Part shown: positions 57,604-64,000 of the stretch, piece after piece
How the letters are laid out: each line of letters begins with the position of its first letter
Numbering within the stretch: position 1 is the first letter of the stretch
From: Eubacterium sp.
Lineage (GTDB): Bacteria > Bacillota > Clostridia > Lachnospirales > Lachnospiraceae
Direction: 5' to 3'
NCBI GenBank assembly: GCA_017433825.1
Contig: JAFRGL010000005.1
Span: 58,797-122,796 of the forward strand
DNA length: 64,000 bases
Translations under genes and position numbers: made by a program
Notes under the pieces: generated by a model
What the model was told of the DNA's origin: nothing
Databases searched by the model: none
What the model saw: only the letters and a program-made list of their open reading frames with translations

Positions 57604-58350
57604 ATGCTGCATTCATTTACACGAAACCACAATGATTTATCCACGGATGCCGGATTCCAGTTCGAATTCTACTGTGACTGCTGCGGGAACGGGTTCAAAT
57701 CCACTTTCCGGGAATCCTCCACCTACGGCAAACGGAAAACGTCTGAGAGCGTGGGAAGAAGCGCAGGCTTCTTAAGCGGCCTTTTAGGCGGGAAACTGGG
57801 CGATTTAGGCCGGGCTGTGGAAAGAGGGGCGGACGTCTTAAGAGACAAGCTGGCCGATATGAGTCCGGAATGGCGAAAAGAACAAGAAGCAGCCTTTGAC
57901 GAGGCGCAGGAAGAAGTAAGGCCCATGTTCCACAAATGCCCTTCCTGCAACAAATGGGTCTGCAATGACTGCTGGAATGAAGAGGAAGGCCTGTGCGTTG
58001 AGTGCGCACCCAGGGAAAGCGCCTATGTGGCAGCGGCCAGAAACAGGGCCATGCGCCGGAATATCGACGAGCTGGCGGACAGTGAGACTGTATGGCACGG
58101 GAAACTGGAAACACGAACCACCATCTGCCCGAACTGCGGCAAGCCCGCAGGAACCGGCAAGTTCTGCAACAACTGCGGCGCGCCTCTTGGTACCAATACC
58201 TGTCCGAACTGCGGTGCACAGGTGCCTTTGGGCGTTAAATTCTGCGGCGAGTGCGGTACGAAGATTGAGACAAAAAACATCTGTCCGAAATGCGGCACGG
58301 AGAATCCTCCCGGAATGAAATTCTGCGGGGAATGCGGAAGCAGGCTGTAA
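57604..58350 (+). CDS. multi-zinc-ribbon protein
   Basis: N-terminal CDCCGNGF and CPSCNKWVCNDCWNEEEGLCVEC. The C-terminus has three units of CP(N/K)CG-x8-9-(K)FC(N/G)(N/E)CG. Confidence 0.65.
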   Translation: MLHSFTRNHNDLSTDAGFQFEFYCDCCGNGFKSTFRESSTYGKRKTSESVGRSAGFLSGLLGGKLGDLGRAVERGADVLRDKLADMSPEWRKEQEAAFDEAQEEVRPMFHKCPSCNKWVCNDCWNEEEGLCVECAPRESAYVAAARNRAMRRNIDELADSETVWHGKLETRTTICPNCGKPAGTGKFCNNCGAPLGTNTCPNCGAQVPLGVKFCGECGTKIETKNICPKCGTENPPGMKFCGECGSRL

Positions 58351-58351
58351 G

Positions 58352-59359
58352 ATGGATGCCGCGTATTCCTGTGAAGTCGCTTTTTCGGGCATAAGCAAGA
58401 GTGCAAAGGCCCGGATCGGAGCCGACAGTATCATGGTCGAGGCCGCCGGAAGGAAATATTTCATTGACTATGCCGACATTGACGATTTCAGGCTGCTGAA
58501 CTATCATCTGTTTATTTATACGAAAAAGGGAGAAATCGAATTTTCAAAGCTGGGCAGAGATACGGAGAATTTCTTCGAAAAGCTCTGGCTTGCCTATGAC
58601 GCGAAAAGCCGCGCCAGCCTGTTTCTCAAAACCGAACCTCTCGTGGAGCGGGAGGGGGATTACGCGTATACTGAGGACGGCGTAAACCATATCGGCAAGG
58701 CAAAAATCGCGCTGTATGAAGACAGCCTCTGCATCCTTCCCCATGACAGCGGCGCAAGAAGGATTCCCTTGTGTTTCGTGAAGGATATCAATTCAGTCGG
58801 ATATAACCAGCTGCTGCGGCTGGATACCGGTGAGGAATACCGCATCGGACGGCTCGGGTATGACACGAAGGTGTTTTTCGATAAGACGGAAAGCTTTTCA
58901 AAAGCGGCGGTAGCCGCGTGGAAATCGGCCCATGAAAAACTGGAGGCGGAGCTTTCCGACAGGCTGGCGGACCGGAAAGAGGAATACGGTGTATTCAAAA
59001 GCCTTCCGGGAAGTGTCTGTACCGGCCTGTTTGCCCCTTACGAACCGGAGTTTTATTTTGCCTGTATCGGGAAAGGAAAAGCCGCGCTGGAGTTTGTCAT
59101 CGGCGAAAACGCGGCCACCTACCTGTACACCTTCGATACCGATCCGGAGACTTTTCAGAAGAGTCTGGCGCATGCCTGTGAGGCGGTCGGCAGAAACCGG
59201 GAGGTGATTTATCTTCCGGACGAGGAGCTTTCCGAAAAACCCCTGTACCGGATGGCCGTGGAACGCAGCCGTCATTTGCGGTTCCTGCGCAGCTGCAGCG
59301 CAGGACGCGTGATCCACACCGCGGGGTGGGAGAAGAATATCCGGGCGTTTTTTGTATAA
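58352..59359 (+). CDS. hypothetical protein with an internally duplicated N-terminal module
   Basis: 335 aa. Its start is 1 nt after the upstream stop. Two similar ~90-aa modules (IMVEAAGRKYFIDYADIDDFRLLNYHLFIYTKKGEIEFSKLGRDTENFFEKL and LCILPHDSGARRIPLCFVKDINSVGYNQLLRLDTGEEYRIGRLGYDTKVFFDKT). Confidence 0.5.
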   Translation: MDAAYSCEVAFSGISKSAKARIGADSIMVEAAGRKYFIDYADIDDFRLLNYHLFIYTKKGEIEFSKLGRDTENFFEKLWLAYDAKSRASLFLKTEPLVEREGDYAYTEDGVNHIGKAKIALYEDSLCILPHDSGARRIPLCFVKDINSVGYNQLLRLDTGEEYRIGRLGYDTKVFFDKTESFSKAAVAAWKSAHEKLEAELSDRLADRKEEYGVFKSLPGSVCTGLFAPYEPEFYFACIGKGKAALEFVIGENAATYLYTFDTDPETFQKSLAHACEAVGRNREVIYLPDEELSEKPLYRMAVERSRHLRFLRSCSAGRVIHTAGWEKNIRAFFV

Positions 59360-59400
59360 TGAACATATAAATCTGTAAAGCATGTAAAAAGGACACGGAA

Positions 59401-60180
59401 ATGGATTTAAAAGGATATACAGTATTTATCACCGGCGGTTCCTCAGGGCTGGGCTTTGAAATGGCGAAAGCTTTGCTGGGGGAAGGCGCGACGGTTGCGA
59501 TAGCGGCAAGACCCGGCGCACGTCTCGACAATGCCTTTGCCGCTCTGAAAGAAACAGGCGGCGATGTGTATGCGGTGCCCATGGACGTGCGGGATGAGGA
59601 AGCGGTAAAAAAGGCCGCTGCCTGGACGGAGGAACATTTCAGACATCTGGACATGCTGGTGAACAATGCTGGCGTGGGCAACAACGTGGGTGCGGGCCCG
59701 GACGCGGAAGGACGGACGCCCCAGATTTTCGACATTCCCACGGAAGCCTTCAGGACCATCGTGGAAACCAATTTCTACGGCTATTTCCTTGTGACGAAAG
59801 CCTTTACACCCATGATGGTCAAAGCCGGACGCGGCCGTATCGTGAATGTATCCACCAGCGATGCCACCATGACCATGAAGGGCCAGATTCCCTACGGGCC
59901 TGCACGCGCGGCGGCGGAAGCCATGTCGAAAATCCTCTCGCAGGAGCTTTGTGAGTTCGGCATTACCGTAAATGTCCTCTGCCCCGGCGGTGCCACGGAT
60001 ACCGGCATGGCTACGGACGACATGAGGGAAATGTTCCGGAAGATGGGCAGGACCATGCTGCCTGCCTCCATCATGAATGAAGCGATTCTGTACCTTGCCT
60101 CACCGGAGGCGGAGGGCTTAAACGGCGAGAAGATTATCGGAAACCGTTTTCATGAATGGCTTGCGGAAAGAAAACAGTAA
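59401..60180 (+). CDS. short-chain dehydrogenase/reductase (SDR)
   Basis: ITGGSSGLGFE cofactor motif, NNAG, and Y-x3-K region (YGPARAAAE). Confidence 0.85.
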   Translation: MDLKGYTVFITGGSSGLGFEMAKALLGEGATVAIAARPGARLDNAFAALKETGGDVYAVPMDVRDEEAVKKAAAWTEEHFRHLDMLVNNAGVGNNVGAGPDAEGRTPQIFDIPTEAFRTIVETNFYGYFLVTKAFTPMMVKAGRGRIVNVSTSDATMTMKGQIPYGPARAAAEAMSKILSQELCEFGITVNVLCPGGATDTGMATDDMREMFRKMGRTMLPASIMNEAILYLASPEAEGLNGEKIIGNRFHEWLAERKQ

Positions 60181-60204
60181 AAAATGAACAACCCGGTCTG
60201 TTTC

Positions 60205-60234
60205 GGCTGCCGCTTTCTGCGGCGGCCTTTTTTT
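60205..60234 (+). terminator. intrinsic terminator after the SDR gene
   Basis: GGCTGCCGC-TTTCT-GCGGCGGCC followed by TTTTTTT. Confidence 0.7.
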
Positions 60235-60251
60235 ACAGTTCCATCCGGTAC

Positions 60252-60280
60252 TTGACTATTGCACTACGGTAAAGTAAAAT
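60252..60280 (+). promoter_or_regulatory. promoter candidate for the J-like/TPR-Hsp70 unit
   Basis: TTGACT (60252-60257), 17 nt, TAAAAT (60275-60280). Confidence 0.5.
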
Positions 60281-60324
60281 GAAATAAGAATAATTATCAT
60301 TTTATAAAAGAAGAGGTACCTTTC

Positions 60325-63300
60325 ATGGCAGCAAAGTTTACCGAATTTGAAATAAGGACGATGTTTTCCATCCTGGACATTGACCCTACCAAAGACGAAA
60401 ATGCCATCCGGGACGCATACCGCAAACGGCTTTCCTTTACCAATCCGGAGGATGATCCCACGGCTTTCATGCAGCTTCGCGGCGCCTACGAACGCGCCTT
60501 GGTTTACGCGAAGACGGAGGATGAAGAGCCTAAAGCGCCGGCTATTTACGACGATACGCCTGCCGGGCAGTGGGTGCATAAGGCGGACGACATTTACCGC
60601 AGCTTTGCGGACCGCGTGAATCCGGAATGCTGGGAAGAGCTTTTCCATGACGATTATTTCCAGTCCCTGGACGGCGAACAGGAATGCATCGACCGGATGC
60701 TGGTATTCATGACCCGGCATTTTTATTATCCGACGGCTGTCTGGAAGGTTTTTGACAAATACCTTGGCATTACGGCAAATACCGCTGCCATCCGGGAGAA
60801 AATCCCGGCCCCCTTCGTCAACATGCTGGTGAGCAAATGCCGCAACGGCGAACAGATCTGCTTTGATTATTTTAAAGGCCCTGACAACGGGGAATATGAC
60901 CTTTTCCTGAGCCTCCTGATACAGTGTGAAGGCTCGCTTTATACCGGCCACCCGGAGGAAGCAAGGCGTCTTATGGCGGAGTTGGAAGAGCGGAATGTGT
61001 ACCATCCGGCCAAGAAGCTGGTTAAAGCCAACCTGCTTATCCACGACGGAAAGGTGGAGGAAGCCCTGGACATCTTAAAGGAACTGAAGGAGGACTATCC
61101 TTCGGACCGGATTTACCGCGGCAATTACGCCCGTCAGTGCTGGGAACACGGCCGGAAGGAAGAAGCGGCTTTTCTGTATGAGGAAATCCTGAAAGACGAG
61201 CCGAACCATTACCAGGCGCATCTGTCGCTTGCCTGCTGGTATTATGACGCCGGTGATTTCAAACAAGCGAAAAAGCATGCCGAAAAGGTCTTAAAAACCG
61301 GCGGGGATGATAACTTTGAGGAACTGCTTCATAAAATCAACGCCGCCCTTATTCCGGCTTACAAAGAGGATTTTGAAAAGTCCGGCGATACGGACGCCGC
61401 CCTGGATTTAGGCTGGTGTTACCTGCAGGACAGAAGGCTTATGGAAGGCCTGCACTTTGTCAAATCCCTGGAGGAAAAAATACCGGAGAAAAGCCGGGTG
61501 GTTTATCATTCCCTGATGGCGAAGCTGTATTACGAGAATGTGGAGTATGACGCCTGTATAGAGGAGACGAAGCTGTGGCGCGAGGAACTGGCAAAGAAGA
61601 TTCACGCGGATTCTGATGATGCGGAAGAGAAAAGGGAAGACGAGCAGCGCATGCGGCAGACCTATCTTCTGACAGCCCTGGCCCTGGAAGCCAAAGGCCA
61701 TAACGAAAGCCGGTTTTACCGGGAAGCCCTGGAGGAAATCGAAAAGTACGAAAGCCTCTATGAGAAGCATGACGATCTCTCTTACGAAAAGGCGGAGATT
61801 TATTATTCCATGGGGGATTACGACAGAGGCCTGAAAACCGCCGAATACCTGGTGGAGGAGCGGCAGTTCTTCCTGGGCCTTACCGTGAAGCTCAAATGCT
61901 GCATGCGGATGGGCGATGCCGCGGGCGTGGTGTCTTCCAGCAGGCCCTTGTGGCATTTCTATCCGACATACGCCAAGGGCTACGAGGAGGTGGCCCGGGT
62001 GTTCCGGGATTTCAAGAGGAAGCAGGAACTGGACGAAGTGCTTGCCCAGGCGGAGAAAAACAAGGTCAAGAGCATTGTCCTGGACGCCTGCGCCTACGGT
62101 GTGGACAAAGAGTACCCGTCAGAGACGGAAATCGGCAGAAGATGGCAGGAGTTCGTGAGCACGTATTTCCAGCCCTTCGAAAAAAACCACGACAGGAAGC
62201 TGTATAAAGAGGGCCTGCCCGTGGGCATCAGCCTGTTTTACGATTTCCCGTCCACGTCGGTCTTGAACATCCTGGCCCTGTTCCACATGGAAGCCGGCAA
62301 CCTGGACGAGGGCGAAAAGCTCCTTATAAAGGTCCTGGAAACCGATCCCTATGACGAAGGCGCGCTGAACAACATGGGCCTGATTTACAAGTTCAGGGAG
62401 AAATACGATGAAGCCGTGATATGCCTGAAGAAGGCGCTGTATTTCGCGAAAAGCCAGCTGCCGGTGAATGCCAGCAGGAACTTAAGCGGCGTTTATGAAA
62501 GAATGGGCGAATACCGGCTGGCTGCCGAAATCAATGACGAGCTGCGGGGCAAAGTCCTGCGTTCCATCAGGACCGCCTATTCCAACCAGGAACGGATCAG
62601 GCTGATTTCCGAAGACAGGAATGCCTTGAAGGATACCGCCAGGTTTGAGGCCCTGGACGGACGTCTGGATGACGCGCTGCGGATTATGGACGGTTACGGC
62701 AGGAATACGGACCTGGCCATGGACCGGATTGCCGCCTGTGTTTTCGCAGGGCAGTACGCGCAGGCCGCGGACGAAGCGGCGAGGGCTGCGGAAAACATCC
62801 TGAACACACATTATGATGTCGCGATGGTACGGTACAAAGTACATCTGGAAGGCATCGAAAGCGCCCTGGCTTATCTGGAGAAGATTTACCCGAATCTGAG
62901 AAATGACGCCGAAAGGCTGGAGGCTGCGGAGAAAAAGGCGTTCCTGCTGCTTTCCATGCCGGGTGCGGAAAACGAAAGGAAAGCCGCTTTTGCGAAAATG
63001 AAAGAGCTGGCCGAATCCGTGGTAAACGCCGAATTCGGCAACGTCCTTGTTTTTTCGACACGGTTCCTTGCCTGGCTGGATTTCCTTTCCGCCGCCGCGT
63101 CGGATGACGTATCCGCCATGGAACAAGCACTTGAAAGGATGAAAGCCGAACCCCGGTGCAGGAACTGCCGCGAACGCATGTGCGTACGCCTGGAAACGGC
63201 AAAAGCCATGCTTTTGGAGAAAAAGGAAGAGACAGAAAAGGCCCGGACGGTGTATAATAAGATCCTGGAAATAATGCCTTACGATTTGTATGCTGCCGTC

Positions 63301-63327
63301 AGGCTGAAAGGAATTGAAGATAAATGA
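60325..63327 (+). CDS. 1000-aa protein: N-terminal J-like domain with a non-canonical HPD position, followed by many TPR-like repeats
   Basis: FSILDIDPTKDENAIRDAYRKRLSFTNPEDDPTAFMQLRGAYERAL aligns with J-domain helices I-III, but HPD is replaced by NPE. The rest is helical-repeat sequence with TPR-like A/Y/L spacing (e.g. LSLACWYYDAGDFKQAKKHAEKVL). Confidence 0.7.
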   Translation: MAAKFTEFEIRTMFSILDIDPTKDENAIRDAYRKRLSFTNPEDDPTAFMQLRGAYERALVYAKTEDEEPKAPAIYDDTPAGQWVHKADDIYRSFADRVNPECWEELFHDDYFQSLDGEQECIDRMLVFMTRHFYYPTAVWKVFDKYLGITANTAAIREKIPAPFVNMLVSKCRNGEQICFDYFKGPDNGEYDLFLSLLIQCEGSLYTGHPEEARRLMAELEERNVYHPAKKLVKANLLIHDGKVEEALDILKELKEDYPSDRIYRGNYARQCWEHGRKEEAAFLYEEILKDEPNHYQAHLSLACWYYDAGDFKQAKKHAEKVLKTGGDDNFEELLHKINAALIPAYKEDFEKSGDTDAALDLGWCYLQDRRLMEGLHFVKSLEEKIPEKSRVVYHSLMAKLYYENVEYDACIEETKLWREELAKKIHADSDDAEEKREDEQRMRQTYLLTALALEAKGHNESRFYREALEEIEKYESLYEKHDDLSYEKAEIYYSMGDYDRGLKTAEYLVEERQFFLGLTVKLKCCMRMGDAAGVVSSSRPLWHFYPTYAKGYEEVARVFRDFKRKQELDEVLAQAEKNKVKSIVLDACAYGVDKEYPSETEIGRRWQEFVSTYFQPFEKNHDRKLYKEGLPVGISLFYDFPSTSVLNILALFHMEAGNLDEGEKLLIKVLETDPYDEGALNNMGLIYKFREKYDEAVICLKKALYFAKSQLPVNASRNLSGVYERMGEYRLAAEINDELRGKVLRSIRTAYSNQERIRLISEDRNALKDTARFEALDGRLDDALRIMDGYGRNTDLAMDRIAACVFAGQYAQAADEAARAAENILNTHYDVAMVRYKVHLEGIESALAYLEKIYPNLRNDAERLEAAEKKAFLLLSMPGAENERKAAFAKMKELAESVVNAEFGNVLVFSTRFLAWLDFLSAAASDDVSAMEQALERMKAEPRCRNCRERMCVRLETAKAMLLEKKEETEKARTVYNKILEIMPYDLYAAVRLKGIEDK

Positions 63328-64000
63328 TAGTAGGAATTGACCTTGGAACGACAAACAGCCTTATCGCCTGGTATTCGCCGGAAGGTCCGAAGATTATTCC
63401 CAACAGGCTGGGCAAAAACCTGACGCCTTCCGTCGTCAGCGTGGACGAAGAGGGAAATGTATATGTGGGGGAAACGGCGCAGGAAAGAATGAGCCTGTAT
63501 CCGGATACCGTGGTTTCCGCCTTTAAAAGGAGCATGGGCACCGACCGTGAGTATACCCTTTCCGGCCGCAGGTTCCGGCCCGAAGAGCTGTCCAGCTTTG
63601 TGCTGCGCTCCCTGAAGGAAGACGCGGAAAGCTTCCTCGGGGAAGAAATCACCGAGGCTGTCATTTCCGTGCCCGCGTATTTCGACGATAAAAGGCGGAA
63701 AGCCACCAAGCGCGCCGGCGAGCTGGCGGGCCTGAAAGTGGAGCGGATGATTTCCGAGCCCACGGCCGCGGCCATCGCCTACGGCATTTACGAAAAGAAG
63801 GAATCCACCAAGTACCTGGTGTTTGACTTAGGAGGCGGCACCTTTGACGTATCCGTGCTGGACCGCTACCATAATATCCTCGAGGTGCGGGCTGTCGCCG
63901 GCGACAATTACCTGGGCGGCGAGGACTTCACCCGCATGCTGGAGAAGATTTTCTTAAGGAAATGCGGCCTTTCCCAGGCTGAACTGGATGAAAAGGAGCA
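63324..64000 (+). CDS. Hsp70-family ATPase (DnaK paralog, HscC-like); C-terminus runs off the window
   Basis: Not in the ORF track (no stop in the window). The ATG at 63324 overlaps the upstream TGA (ATGA). Sequence MIVGIDLGTTNSLIA..., AVISVPAYFDD, ISEPTAAAIAYG and VFDLGGGTFDVS carries the Hsp70 actin-fold signatures. Confidence 0.9.
   Translation, partial: MIVGIDLGTTNSLIAWYSPEGPKIIPNRLGKNLTPSVVSVDEEGNVYVGETAQERMSLYPDTVVSAFKRSMGTDREYTLSGRRFRPEELSSFVLRSLKEDAESFLGEEITEAVISVPAYFDDKRRKATKRAGELAGLKVERMISEPTAAAIAYGIYEKKESTKYLVFDLGGGTFDVSVLDRYHNILEVRAVAGDNYLGGEDFTRMLEKIFLRKCGLSQAELDEKE

Overview
Chromosomal window from a moderately GC-rich Firmicute. Protein sequences and gene order suggest a gut-type Clostridia member; that taxonomic call is inference only. 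Roughly two thirds is housekeeping: a partial M18 aminopeptidase, pyrF-pyrK-pyrD-pyrE, type III glutamine synthetase with a PucR-type regulator, ftsE-ftsX plus an S41 protease, uvrB, the str operon (rpsL-rpsG-fusA-tuf), folA, rlmH, two tRNAs (anticodons CAT and TAC), and assorted flavin, CoA, sugar-acid and SDR enzymes. Five accessory regions deserve a second look. (1) 34.7-43.7 kb is a surface-structure locus. It holds two phage-type regulators, a protein with 7 GBS-Bsp-like repeats ending in a transglutaminase-like domain, three TasA/camelysin-like paralogs (one with a sortase-type sorting signal), a SipW-type signal peptidase and an 849-aa adhesin-like protein with tandem Cys/His modules. 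(2) 46.5-51.9 kb is a translationally coupled four-gene operon: Cys-rich lipoprotein, vWA protein with a degenerate metallopeptidase motif, MoxR-like AAA+ ATPase, and a BspA-type LRR protein. (3) 12.9-14.4 kb is an AT-richer islet next to the tRNAs, where a nuclease-fold-like orphan gene is bracketed by two arrays of a 64-bp-period element with palindromic arms. (4) 60.3-64.0 kb encodes a 1000-aa J-like/TPR protein whose HPD motif reads NPE, start/stop-overlapped with an Hsp70 paralog. (5) A single AT-rich S41 lipoprotein gene sits between tuf and folA. No CRISPR array, rRNA, transposase or integrase was recognised. All functional calls rest on motif recognition by eye; nothing was searched against a database.
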